From Vicugna vicugna (Eukaryota): a stretch of DNA of 64,000 bases. Location of the stretch: NCBI GenBank assembly GCA_013265495.1, contig MU058844.1, forward strand, positions 8,369,260 to 8,433,259, in the 5' to 3' direction. The stretch's first letter is position 1. Each line of letters opens with the position of its first letter. The position numbers and the translations under genes were made by a program. The notes beneath the pieces are model-generated. The model saw only the letters and a program-made list of their open reading frames with translations. It was not told the DNA's origin and ran no database searches. Shown one piece after another: positions 25,280 to 37,655 of the stretch.

Positions 25280-25712
25280 TGTCTTAGTCTGCTGGAGCTG
25301 CCATAACAAAATACCATACACCGGGGGACTTAAGCAATATAAACGTATTTCTTATAGTTATGGAGGCTGGGAAGTCCACGAACTAGGTATGAGCAAAGTA
25401 GATTTCACTCGAAGACCTCTTTTCTTGGTTTACAGGCAGCCTCTATGCTCTTGTGTGTGAGAGAGAGGAAGAGAAAGAAGGAGAAAAAAAAAGTGAAGGA
25501 GGAGAAGAAGAGTGGGGGAGATGGGAAGGAGAGAAAGATCTCTGGTGTCTTATTCAAAGGTCACTAATCCTACCACATCAGAGCTCTACCTCTATGACCT
25601 CTTTAACCTTAATTCTCTCATTATAGGCTCTCTTTGCAAATATGGTCACACTGCGGGGGTCAGGGCTTCAACGTACGAGCTTTGGGGAGGAGACAACATT
25701 CAGTCCGCAGCA
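25280..25712 (-). mobile_element. MLT1A-like MaLR LTR nested in an LTR16-like element (about 24765-25279 and 25713-25790)
   Basis: tgtcttagtc...gctgccataacaaaatacca...ggaggctgggaagtcc...acattcagtccgcagca; the host LTR resumes with aataaattccct. Confidence 0.75.
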
Positions 25713-25924
25713 TGATACAATAAATTCCCTCTCTTCTGTTTTCCCTGAAGGCACTGGGTTGGATTTTCAGTCATTTAATATGACAAGAGTTCCAAGCGCT
25801 ACACAGTCACTGCTACTGAGTCCAGCACTCAGCTCATTCCATGTCTGTCCTCATGAGTGTGTCCACCTTGCTAAGCAGACTAGGGCGGAGGGCAGCAAGG
25901 CCTTTGGGACAGAACAGACCATCC

Positions 25925-26135
25925 AGTAGGGTGCTTCAGTGCATGGCCTCTGGAGTCTGACCCCTTAGCTTTGAATTCCAGCTCTGTCATTCACTTTACC
26001 TCCCTCTGGGTGAGTGAACTCACCTGTGAATGGTACAGACAAAGTCTCTACCTCTGAGTTATTATGAGGATTTGATGCGTTTATCAACTACCTGAAACAG
26101 TGCCTGGCGCTGTGCTACACAAATGTTTGTTAAAT
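25925..26135 (+). mobile_element. MIR SINE
   Basis: ggcctctggagtctgac...tttgaattccagctctgtca...aacagtgcctggc. Confidence 0.65.
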
Positions 26136-27059
26136 ACCTATACAGACCTGCCTTAAATCTCTGCTTGTGCATTTATTAGTGTGTGGCTTTCACTTTGAAC
26201 TTGAGTATATATTTAACTTGGAACTACTTCATAGATTTATCCAATTCATCTATTTTTCTCTCTTTACTTCAGAAAGCATCAGCTATCTAATGCTCAAATG
26301 TAATTATATGGAAATGACAGTTGTGCCCAAATGAGACAGAGTAATTTAGACGAGCATTTGGTAACAGTGCGCTTCACAATTCTTAAGAAATCTGCTGCTG
26401 AAAAAAATACCAAGGTAAAGTGGAAGTCTACCAGGAGTTGTGTAAGTAGCAATTACTTAGACAGATTACTTTTCTAAGAAACTTTCTGTAATGGAACAAA
26501 CCTTAGGCCGCCTGTTAAAATTATACTCTGTATTAAAAATAAAGACCAGAAAGTAGAATGGATTGCCTCTTTCGGACTTGTTTAGTCGAAGCAGGGGTTT
26601 GTTCAAAGTCAAGGTTCTACCAGACTTTAGATGAGATTTATATCAGGGAATTTCACGTCAAAGATTCTCCTGAACTGTTGGCTAGAGTTAGGAAATGAAG
26701 GTGATAATTGTGGGATTTCACAGCCAGATTCACATTAAAAATTAAATTTTTCCACTTTGCCCAAGTTGGTGAGTCTCAGAAGCAGATTTCTCCTTACCAG
26801 AGAAATGGATTCCCATCCTAAATAACCAGACCATGAAAGTTATTACAGTTTTTGTTTCCAATATGCATTTAAATTTTTTTCTATTTAAAAATTATTCCTA
26901 TAAAAAGTTAAACAATAAACATATGTTTAAAGGAAAAGTTAATAATCTTTCTTTCACCACGTCCCCCTCTAGTCTTTTATCTGCCTGAGGTAACTAATAT
27001 CATCAGTGTACTTGAATTTTTAGTGAAAGTGGAATATTGTACACATTAGTCTTCGCCTT

Positions 27060-27150
27060 GCCCTGCCTTACCCTGCCCCCTTTCTTCCTTCCTTCTTTCG
27101 TTTCTTCCCTTCTTTTGTTCTTCCTTTCTTCCCTTTCTTCCTTCCTTCAT
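27060..27150 (+). repeat. Pyrimidine-rich (TTCC/TTTC) low-complexity tract
   Basis: Seen directly in the sequence. Confidence 0.8.
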
Positions 27151-27803
27151 TACTGGTGTGATTAACATCCCTCCTCCAGGACAGTACATGTAGCTCAAAC
27201 ACATTCTTTACATAGTGGCGTAAAATTTTAAGTAAGCAACACCAGATTTTATTCACCAGACCATTTAAGTTTCTTTTCAGATTTTTTTTGTCACCAACAA
27301 GAACATGTCAATAAATTTTTACATGTTCTTACACTGACAAAAACATGAAATGAGATTTCTCTAATGTGCAGTTATTTTAGGGTAATTCCAAGATGATATC
27401 ACATCCCTCCGAGACAGTAAAAGGAAATAATGACCTTTGTGGACACGGGATTTTGAAAATCAACATAAAAAAAATGTAAGGAATAAATTTAAATAATTTA
27501 GGTCATGACTTATACCATTCACTTTTGCAATGAGGTGCTTGTTGCAGTCAACCTTTAGAGGTCATTTCTAGATCTGTACATAAGATCCTGAGTCTCAGTC
27601 CTCACCGGAAGGCCTTGGGTAGTTTCTCAAATGTGGTCCTAGAGCCTGACCAGTGGGGATCACACACATGTTCACAGTAAAGATTCCACTGCTCACCGCC
27701 CAGAGAGTTTCATTAGTGGGTTTGGAATGGGACCCAGGTAGCTTCCTAGTTCAACAAAAAATTCCCAGGTGGAATTCCTGGGTGAAAGGACTTGGGACTA
27801 GAT

Positions 27804-28110
27804 CAGGGGTCAGCCAAATTCAGCCTTCCACCTGTTTTTTATGGCCCATGAGCTAAGACTGGTTTTTACATTTTTAAATGGTTGAAGAACAATCAAAAGA
27901 AGAAGAATGTTTCATGATATGTGAAAATTAAATGCAATTTAAAATTTCACTGTCCATAAATGCTGTGTTACTGGAACACAGCCACACCCATTCACCCCAC
28001 ACCTGGGGTGCCGCAACAGCAGAGCTGAGTAGTTGCCACAGAAACCATATGGCCACAAAGCCAAAATATTTACAGTCTGGCCTTCTACAGAAAGAGTCTG
28101 CCAACTCCTG
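27804..28110 (+). mobile_element. MER58B-like hAT-Charlie transposon
   Basis: caggggtcagc...gccaactcctg terminal inverted repeats; 8-bp TSD gactagat (27796-27803) versus cactagat (28111-28118). Confidence 0.85.
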
Positions 28111-28255
28111 CACTAGATGATCTCTCAGGTCCCTGTCATCTCTGAGTGTGTTTTATTCACTGTATCATTTACTGAGTTCAACATGCAAATACACTGCCAA
28201 ACTCTAGAGCCTGTGCAACCCCAAAGAGGTAGGTATGGGTGCAGGCCAGACACCG

Positions 28256-28695
28256 TGTCAGCTGAGGGGGGCTGAAGGGGGATTCGACGAGGTGAGCTGC
28301 CCAAACTGAAAAATGCGCAAGGAGCTGACATGCTGGGAAACAGACTGCGCAAGGAGCCGACATGGAGAGAAACAGCACTTTATTGCAGCACAAACGGGTG
28401 GCGCGCAAGCGGCGGGTGGTGGCGTGCCGGCGCTCAGCACTTTCTTCTAGTTCAACAAGATGGTGCCGCCCGCATGGCACACTTGTCCTGCTTTTATTTA
28501 TTTTGCTCGCACATGTGCATTGTTCATTTCTTTGTTCATACTGCTTACATAATGCTACTAGTGCATGCGTACCTTTACTGCTTTGTTCATAAGGCTTACA
28601 TAACTGGTGCATGCCTACATTTACACCTTACCAGGTGCAAGCTATTGTGAACTTTGGCCTGGGCCCCATGGCCTACTTACCTAAGGCTGCTGACA
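28256..28695 (-). mobile_element. Young solo retroviral LTR (440 bp), probably lineage-specific
   Basis: Inverted termini TGTCAGC...GCTGACA; 5-bp TSD caccg/cacca; TATA-like TAAATAAAAG (28491-28500) and AATAAA (28379-28384) on the minus strand; CpG-rich. Confidence 0.85.
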
Positions 28696-28774
28696 CACCA
28701 GGATGAGTTATAATCCAGGAGGTAACGGAAGCCACACAGACTAAATTATAAATCAGCACCATCAGAAAGTGAGT

Positions 28775-29040
28775 CATTACTGCAACAGCTAATCCTTCTG
28801 TGGTACCTTACAAGCACCAGGCCCTGTTTCCAGTGCATCCCACATACTGACTCATGGAATCCCTATGACAACTCTGTGATCTAAGATAGGTATCATCTTT
28901 ATCCTCCTTTTACAAATGAGGAAACTGAGGCCTGGAGAAAGTAAGTAACTTGCTTAAGGACACATTATTATAAGGAGTAGAGTGGAAATGTGAACCCAGG
29001 CATTCTACCTGCAGGGTCCAGGCTTAAAAGCACTGAGCCA
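28775..29040 (-). mobile_element. MIR SINE (near full length)
   Basis: ttttacaaatgaggaaactgaggcc...aagtaacttgcttaagg...tgaacccaggca. Confidence 0.85.
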
Positions 29041-29172
29041 TTACTGCAAGAGATAAGGTAAAAGTAATTTAAAAGTAAAAATCACTGTGTTTGGATTCGG
29101 ATCTCAATTCCAATTTGAAAGTCAGTTGAGTGGGACATTACCCTCTGATGAACATTACCTCACCTTTTTACC

Positions 29173-29601
29173 CAGGGTCACAAGGTCAAATATCCTCAGG
29201 GCCAGGTGGGAACATCACTGAATAAGGAACGCTGCCTTCTCAAACCAAGTTCCTTTTCTTCCTAGGAAGAGCCTCGTGGAAACAGCCTTTTCATCCCAGA
29301 GAAACAGCTGTGTAAGGCGAGATGGTAACTAGTATTTGCAGGGCAAGGAAGCAGTCACGTGCGGTGGGGGGGGCACTGGATACAGCCAGAGAGGGCATGC
29401 CCCATTCACAAAGGACCCGCCCATCATCTCTAGCTTACTCTCACATGTAGAAATGAGGGCAGTTAAGATTTTGGTTGTGCAATCTTCCAGTAGTTCAGAG
29501 TTCAGCAATTAATTCAAATACTAAATAAACAAACCAACACAGAAAACATGCCGTCTGGGCCAAACAAAATAAGACTTCAAGCCACCAGTGTGGGACCCAT
29601 G
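29173..29601 (+). mobile_element. MER102-like hAT element
   Basis: cagggtcacaa..tcaaat..cctcagggccagg start and gggccaaacaaaa...ccagtgtgggacc end. Confidence 0.5.
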
Positions 29602-30659
29602 CTTTAGTAATCTTCTCTTTAGGCTAAATCATCTTAATTCCAAACCTTTCCAAATGGATCTCTAGGCCCAGACCTTTCATCAGAATTATGGCCGCCCCCT
29701 TGAACGGATGCCAAGCTTTGCAGTCATCTGTATTTGGTGGGAGCTACATAGTTCCTTCCAGAAGTCGGAGTCCCACCTGGCAGATGGTTATGCGGTGATC
29801 AATCCTAATGCCCTCCTCGTGTATAAGAAATGTCTGCTTTATATTAGAGTAGACGCTCTTTACCAGGACTGGCAGCATTGATAAGTGCTTTTCCTTAATG
29901 GAAAAGCATATTTTCATAGCTTTTCCAGGAATATCTTGCTGCTTTTAATGGAAGCAGGATCCATTCCCTTAGTTAATCTTCAATCACACAATGCTTATTT
30001 CATTGAAGGTAACAGCTCATGCATACTCACTCATGGCCCACAAATAAAAGACCTTTTTAAAAAATTGAAAGTGCTTCAGAGTAGCGTAGACAACAAGGAA
30101 AATAAACAGAAAAATGCCGGTTGTTCAGCTCAAGTGAAAACAATGATGTTTGGACTGTAAACTTGAGTGATAAACCACTGTAATAAAATGATTAAAAAAC
30201 ATTCATCATTCTAACAATCGGACATCGTATTTAAATCACTTGGACATTTTACTAAAAATCACCTAAAGTACTTTCAGATCCTGTAGGAAAGAAATTTTTA
30301 TGAAATAATATTTTAAAATATTTTTCCATAAGAATCTGTTCAGAAAAATAGTGCCTTAAACAGAATTCCAAAATCAATAAAAATTTATTGCTCAATTTTG
30401 ACGTTTATGTGTTCATGGACTTTGCACAAAGTAAGCATTATTTTGAATATTTTCAGTTACTTTAATATAAAGTATCATAAATAAGGGACAAGTTGTCTTC
30501 AGAGGCCTGCTTAGGAGTTTGGAGTGTGAAAAACATGGCACTATGGCACTGGAAAACAATTCTCAAATGAAAACTAAATGATTATATAGAAGCACAAACA
30601 GGACACTGAATTAAGAAATGTGAAACTTTGCAAAACATCAAACAGAAAAATCACAAAAC

Positions 30660-30900
30660 AATGTAGTATTCTGGATTAGATCATGAAACAAAAAAGACAC
30701 TAGTGTGAAACGACGGAAATCGGAATAAAGTCTAGAGTTAATACTAATGTACCAATGTTGGCCTTTTAGTTTTTACAAATGCATGGTATGAATGTCAGAT
30801 GTTAACATTAGAGGAAACTGGATGAGATGTATATGGGAACTCTATGTTTGCAACTTTTTTGTAAACCCAAAATTATTCCAAAATAAAAAAGCTTATTTGA
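30660..30900 (+). mobile_element. Old L1 (L1MC/MD-like) 3' end
   Basis: aataaagtct...tgtaccaatgtt...gggaactct...aaaattattccaaaataaaa. Confidence 0.75.
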
Positions 30901-33689
30901 AAAATCACAAAACAACTGGTAAGTGTATCAATCTGTGCCCTTACAGCATGTAACAGTATAGGGTAAGATGATAACATTTACGTGCGGCAGTTAGTGCCAT
31001 CTGTGTACGTACATGTGGGTGGTGTGTGTCAGTGCATTGCTGGGGATGTGTGGACACAGCTAACCTACTTCCATCTTCTCCTCAGTTGACAGCCTGCTAC
31101 TCAAAGTGTAAAAGGACAGAAATGAGGGTGGAGAGTGGGTTTCTGAACATTCTACTAATAAAAATAAATATTGAAATATATTAATAAAATACATTAATTA
31201 TATTTATATAAATTTAGGAATCCCTGTGTTAAAAAACACAGGTCATCATAACTGGACAATTTTAAACTTTGGCTTTTTTGGGTGTTTTTGATTTTTTTAA
31301 AAAAACTGTTTTATGTCTCTTTGTGGTATCTTTAAATATATACACCAATGAAAAGGCTTATAGTTTGTTTCCAGATTCTATAAAGCACACTTTACACTCA
31401 TTTCTATCCCTTCACCAAAGAGGCTACATTGCCACAGGTCTCCCTTTTGCTGTACAGAACAGAGGCATTAATGAGGGGGAGTAGACATGGATCAGTATGT
31501 TAAAATAACTTAATAGGTCTGCTTTTGGCCAGGATGTAGTAGGTCATGGCAAGCCAACACTTTTGCTGCAACCACCAAAACAGGGGCAAATAACTACAAA
31601 AAAAGGCGCATATTTTAAAATATATCAGAAAATAAGGAAATAGTATAAACAAAAATTCCAGGGGGAGGAGACCCACTGTCTGAAATAAGCTGACAGTTGT
31701 TGGCCATCATTTTCCTTAGGGTCTGAGGATTGATCTTGTCCGATCAAGATCAATCTGCTGCGGGAAAGGGAGCCCAGCCAGTTTTTCAGCCTTCTTCTGC
31801 GGCTAGAGGGATCAAAAGGAAACGTGCAGGGTCTCAGTGATAGATGGTGACAGTGGAGCATCAGAAATTCAAGTAGAAAGTCGACTTGTGCCAAAAGACA
31901 TTTTGATATGGTTGAGATCTCAAGAATCAGGATTAGGACACAGTGATCCACCTGACACAGAGTCTACACAGAAATGAAGAGTGGAGCCGGTGAGCAGATG
32001 GGACACAGCCCAGTCCTCCTACCTCATCACCTCTCACAACTCCAGCGGCTGGTTCTGCTCCTCTTCTACCTCTGCACTAGCACCAATTCCTGCATCAAAG
32101 GTACGAGCAGACGGAAACTGTCAGAGGAGCACCGGGTTCAGGGCTGACGGGTTATGTGAGTGAACCAGAGCCAAGCTCCTTCTTGGAGAGCAAAGGAACC
32201 TTGGATGGAAGCACAGGATGAGCTCATCTACAGATTTACCTTCGGGTGCTTCGAAGCTCCACGGTCCAGGAGGAAATCTATGAGTCTATCCTGATGGTAT
32301 TAAGACCTGATGACTGTGCCAGGCCTTCCACCCACTGAGTCAAGTAGGTATGACTTCTTTTCTCTCTCAGGAAAGATGAACTGAGGACATTTTCCTTGAA
32401 GGGGCCAGAATCTTTCATTCTTACCAAGAGCTGCATTACAGAATCCCAGCAGCAGCTCTGGGCTGCCAGCTGTGCAGAAGTGACAGAAAAGCAACGCTGT
32501 AGCTAGTGATTCACAAGTGGAATCTTTCTGTGATAGATTCAATCACAATCAAAAATTTTGTTTTTAAACTCCACTATTCTTGGCATTATTCCAGCATGTA
32601 TTTTTGCTCTAAGAAGCTGTAAAAAAGAATGTCAAATTCCAGTTTCCTGGTGCACTTCATCTGTCACCATAAAAATACAGTTGAAACTGGAGTCAGCAGA
32701 AGGACTGGTTTCTGGGTCTGTTAACTTTAGTGAAACTGAAGAATTGAAACTCTATGTCAGGACCCTCGGAAATATTTTATCCCCTTTATTTCATCCTCAT
32801 CTTGATGTATAATCAGCCGTATGTAACAGTTTAGTGTTTATTTATTGAAACGAAGCAGATATATGGTGCATGAATTAACCTTAAACAATTTCAGTTTGGT
32901 CTACTTGTCATTCAAGGTGTGTACTCAATTTAGAATGGTTTCTGCTCACTCAAGTCTCCCTCTCACATGCTTAGTGATTAAATATTTAGATTTACATCAA
33001 GCACCTGACACCACCATAAAAAAGACCACACTGAAAGGAACTACAAAGTGCAATAAAGGCCTCAGAAAATTAAATACAATCTTGAGAAACACTGCCAATA
33101 TATGAGAAGACAGGATAGCATATATTTTTATTTTGTTTTATTTTGCCAATTATGTATATTGAGTTCACATAAATAAAAAGAAGCCACGTAAAATCCTGAT
33201 GGATTCTAAAAAATACTCGAAAGTGTTCTAAAAAAAATCTGTCAAAGTCTAGCTTAATGTGTATGACATTGTTTTGCTTAATAATGGCCTCAATTCGAAT
33301 TTTGATATAAAGAATTCATAGAAAATTAGGGCCATTTTAGGAGTTAATCTGAGGCAAGTTTTTCTGGTTATAAGGAAACATTTAATTTATATGTTTTTAT
33401 TCTTATAAAAATTCTAGTAGAGGAAAATAAAACACCAAATATCAATGTCATTAGCAAATATAACTTTTATCATTGGATGTACTACTAGTTTACATATATA
33501 AAACAGATAGTGTAAGAATGTTTTATCTTTGAATGTAAATCCATTTAGAAATACCTAGATTTATTCATTTTCACGCTGCTGTTTGCACATGGGTCAGCTG
33601 GGAAGTTTAAACAGTTGCCATGTATTAAAAATATAATACTAGTTGCAGATAATTTTTAGAACTCAATCTTTTATACCAGTTTAGATTCC

Positions 33690-33920
33690 CCTGTTACTTC
33701 CTTTCATAACACCCTTTTTATTTCCTTCATTTCATTTGTTAAATTATAATACGTGATTAAGTGTGTAATTTTTGGTATAGTGACTTTCCTGTATGTTCTG
33801 GATTCCATGAGAGCTGGGACTATGTTTTCTTGCTCACTACGCTATACTTAACATTTAGTCCAGTGCTTAAAACATAGACGTGTTCAAAAAAGATGCTCTT
33901 AATGAATAAAGAACTGAATG
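33690..33920 (+). mobile_element. L2 3' end
   Basis: ccatgagagctgggactatgt...cagtgctt..aacatag...aatgaataaa. Confidence 0.6.
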
Positions 33921-33928
33921 ATCTGCAC

Positions 33929-34137
33929 CAGGGGTGGGAAAGCTATGGCTCAACTCCAGCCTGCTGCCTGCTTTATATAGCCCATGACTTCGGAATGCTT
34001 TTTCCATTTTTAAACAGATCTACTTTTCAAATGGTTATATAAGTACCTCAATAGTAACCTCAATTTTGCCTGTTGGCCCATAAATTCTAAAATCTTTACC
34101 ATCCAGCACTACAAGGAAAAAAGTTTTCTGACCCTGA
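33929..34137 (+). mobile_element. MER58-family hAT element
   Basis: caggggtgggaaa...ctgaccctg termini. Confidence 0.65.
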
Positions 34138-34144
34138 TCTAGAC

Positions 34145-34341
34145 CAGCACCGTTCAATAGAACCACTGTGATGATGAGAGAGTTGTAGGTTTGTGCCGTC
34201 CAGCAGGACAGCCACGGACCGCCTATGGCCAGTGAGCACATGAATTTGTCCTGTGTGCGTGAGGGACTGAATTTTTTATTTAGTTTTAACTAATTAAAAT
34301 AATCCCACATGGCTAGCAGCTAGTGTGTTAGAAAGCAGCAG
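34145..34341 (+). mobile_element. MER3-like hAT element
   Basis: ttcaatagaac..ctgtgatgatg...ccacatggctag. Confidence 0.7.
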
Positions 34342-35459
34342 ACCTAGAGATCAAAAAGAATAAATCTCATGTAAATACAGCAGTTACCTGGAGATCAAGA
34401 ATATCTATGGAAAAAAATTAAAATATGAGCCTATTTAGCAGTTAGTTAGTCTTTCTGGTAAAAACAAAAAAGAACACAAAAATAAGCTAAATTATCTACC
34501 ACCAGTTCATTAAAATAACTAATGTTATGACAATACTTTGAAAAGGCCCAAAGGTAAAAATTAATTCATTTAATTTGATAGTTACACAGAGACTCATTTA
34601 AAATAAGTAGTGGTCCTTCATTCTATGAACTGTGGATGAGAAAAGAACTCTTTTGGATAAGGTAGATAATGTTAATGCTCTATTAAATAAATGAAGAATT
34701 TTGCTTTTATGAGGATTTTAAAGCTTTTCTTTGCCTTGTTGAAGGACACATCACTTATTTACAAAGAAATTCTTGAAATACATAGAATCCTATTAAAGCA
34801 GAATGTTCTACAGCACAGTAGGAGAATATCAGATTAGCAAAAGCAGTGATATAATCTGATGATATCCTCAAATAGTTAGCATTAAAGTAGGTATTAAAGT
34901 ATTTGAGAAGTAAAGATCCAAATTGCAACGTGAAGTTTATTAACACCCACGTTCACATAAGATTTCAAGTCTTTAAGTTGAAGACGCTCTTAGTAGGAAA
35001 TTTGAATTATGTGCTATTTAGGATTGAAATTGCTTGCTGCTGTTATTTATAACACTTGAAATAAGTTTAAAAAATTAAAAATTGAAGCAATCTCCTTTTC
35101 TTGCTTATGCTGTTTCTGACATGTCTATGTATGAAATAGTATCTCCCTGAGTAAGACTACTTTGGCTGCCCTCTTTTGTTTCAAATGATTTTATCATTAG
35201 GGAAAAATCTGAAATCACAGTGGACAAATAATCCCTTAATGCTTTTTCTGGCTAGCAAGTAATTTGTCAAAACAATCCAATTTCCAAATAGCAAGCACAC
35301 TCAATAAGACACTGAGCCAATACATCTGTTCCTCTCTGTATTCAGAGTATGGACAAATGCCTTTCATTTTGGGTTGAATTCTCTAACTTGACAATTTAGC
35401 TCTAGCAACAAAATATCCTTTATAATTTCTCTTCAATAAAACTAGAATTTTATAGAAGT

Positions 35460-36821
35460 CAGGTTTTATTGAGATATAACTCACATGCAGTAATATTCAC
35501 CTTTTTAAAGTGTATAGTTTAATAAATTTTGCCAAACATGCAAGTTGTGTGTTCACCACTCAAATTAACATGTGGGCCATTTTCATCACCCTAGAAAGTT
35601 CCCTATGCCCCTTTGTAGACAATCTCTCCCTTTACCTGTAGCCCACTGGTAACCAGTGATCAATCTGTTTCTACCATTTTGACTTTTGTAGAATGTCGTA
35701 TAAACACAGCATGTAGTCTATTGCGTCTAGCTTATTTCACTTAGCCATTTACTGTGATGCTTTGGAAATTCATCCATGTTGTTGCTGATGTCAGTAGTTC
35801 ATTGCTAGGTGCTGCTGAGAAGTATGCTGTTGTATGAATATACTACAATATCTTTATCTGTTTTTCTATTGATGGACTTTTGGCTGCTAAGAATAAAGCA
35901 ACTATTAACATTTGCTGTACAAACCTATGTTTTCATTTCTCTTAGGTAAATATCTATGAGTAGAACTGTTGGGTCATATAGTAAGTAGGTTTAACTTTAT
36001 AAAAATCTGTCAAGTCATTTTCCAAAATAGCTATCATTTGCATTTCCATCAGCCTTCTTTAGAGCTCCAATTGTTCTACGTTGTCTCCAACAGCCAGTAT
36101 CATCAATCCTTCTAATTTTAGCCATTCTAAAGGATGTGTATTGGTTCTCTCCTTTTAATTCATATTTTCCTGATGATTAATGATATTGAATATTTTTGTA
36201 TTTGTTCATTGCTGTTTGTATCTCTTCTTTGGTGAAAAGTGTGTGTAAATTTCTTGCCTCTCTTTTTACTGAGTCTGACTATTTATACTCTACCTACAAG
36301 CTTTTTATCAGGTATGTGCTCTGCAAGTATTTCTTACCAATCCGTGTTCTGCTTTTCATTTTCTTAAGTGTCTTTTGAAGAGCAGACATTTTAAATTTGA
36401 TGAAGACCAATTTGTCAAATTTTTTGCTTAGGGTGTATGTTTTTTATGTCCTAAGGAACATTTCCTTAACCAAAGGTCATAAATATTTTCTCCTACATTT
36501 TATTTTGATTTTTCTTTTTAATTTGCACTCACATATTTAGGCCTAAAATCCATTTCAAGTAACTTTTTGTATGTGATATGTGGTAAAGATTGAGATTCTT
36601 TTTTTTTTCTTTCATTTTGATACCTAATTGTTTAATTGTTAGCACCACTTGTTAAAAAGAGTATTTTTCCCCATTAAATAGCTTTGACACCTTTGTCAAA
36701 AATCAACTGACTAAATATGTATGGGTCTGTTTCCAAACTCATTAGTTTGTTCCATTCATCTGTGTAGCTGTCTGTAAATAGATACCATATTGTCTTGATC
36801 TATAGTTTTATAGTAAATCTT
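35460..36821 (-). mobile_element. Old L1 (L1MB/MC-like) 3' region
   Basis: ttttattgagatataactcacat...; catccatgttgttgc; ttttagccattcta; cctttgtcaaaaatcaa antisense L1 motifs. Confidence 0.85.
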
Positions 36822-36983
36822 CATTTTATTTTTTAAATTTTTGGGGGTTTTGTCTGTTTGTTTTGGGGGAGGGATAATTAGGTTTATTTGTTTGTTTGTT
36901 TATTTTTATGGAGGTGCTGGATTGAACCCAGGACCCCCTGCATGCTAAGCATGCACTCTACCACTGAGCTGTATCTTCTGTCC
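36822..36983 (-). mobile_element. Vic-1-type camelid SINE
   Basis: Reverse complement of the same head as at 11566 (ttgaacccagg...catgctaagcatgcactctaccactgagct); 13-bp TSD tatagtaaatctt (36809-36821) versus tatagtaagtctt (36984-36996). Confidence 0.85.
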
Positions 36984-37168
36984 TATAGTAAGTCTTTAAA
37001 GTGAATACTGATATCCTCCAAAAATCTAAGTACTCCTGAAACAGTTGTCTATTATATAGTGTAGGTAGAAGTTTGCACTGATGTGAGAAGATATCATTCC
37101 TCCAAAGACGGAGGAATGGCTATTCTTACTAGTTATCTTAGGCGGTCTGCTTTCCTGTGTTCCACAGA

Positions 37169-37655
37169 CAGGGGGTTTACTGAACCCAGGGGGATTCACA
37201 GATAGAATTCAGGGCATCCATAATCTTGGATCCTGGAGAAAACTTACTTCTTTCTCATCTTTGATTGAAATTCAGTGTTTCCTTTAGGTATAAATGCGGA
37301 CAACAAACCTCAGTAGTACTGACAGTACCTGAAACTCTTGCCAGTAGAAGGTACAGATCTTCTCCTGTCACATTACAGTTGTGGCTAATATCTTCAAATA
37401 CTGCTTACACTGATTGTTACCTCAAAATTATAGTAGTTTTTAGAACTGTTACTTGACCTTGTTATTTAATGCATAATAAAGAAACACATGTATTATCAAA
37501 TTACAATCTTAAAAAACTCTTTTGGTAACTACCTCAGTAGGATTGGTTTCCTTTGTCATATAATGTATTTTACTACATAGTAAAAAAATTGTTTGAGAAG
37601 GGGCCCAAAGGCATTTCAGACTGGCAAAGGGGTCCCTGGCACAGACACGGTTTAG
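37169..37655 (+). mobile_element. hAT-Charlie element (MER119-like)
   Basis: gatagaattcaggg...gagaagggg...aaaggggtcc..ggcaca motifs. Confidence 0.55.

Noticed and set aside
28125..28650. Cluster of overlapping ORFs up to 144 aa, and spaced direct repeats superficially like a CRISPR array
   Set aside because: Explained by the GC-rich solo LTR. Each repeat has only two copies and the context is eukaryotic.
37095..37118. 9-bp hairpin cattcctcc/ggaggaatg
   Set aside because: Short enough to be expected by chance in 64 kb.
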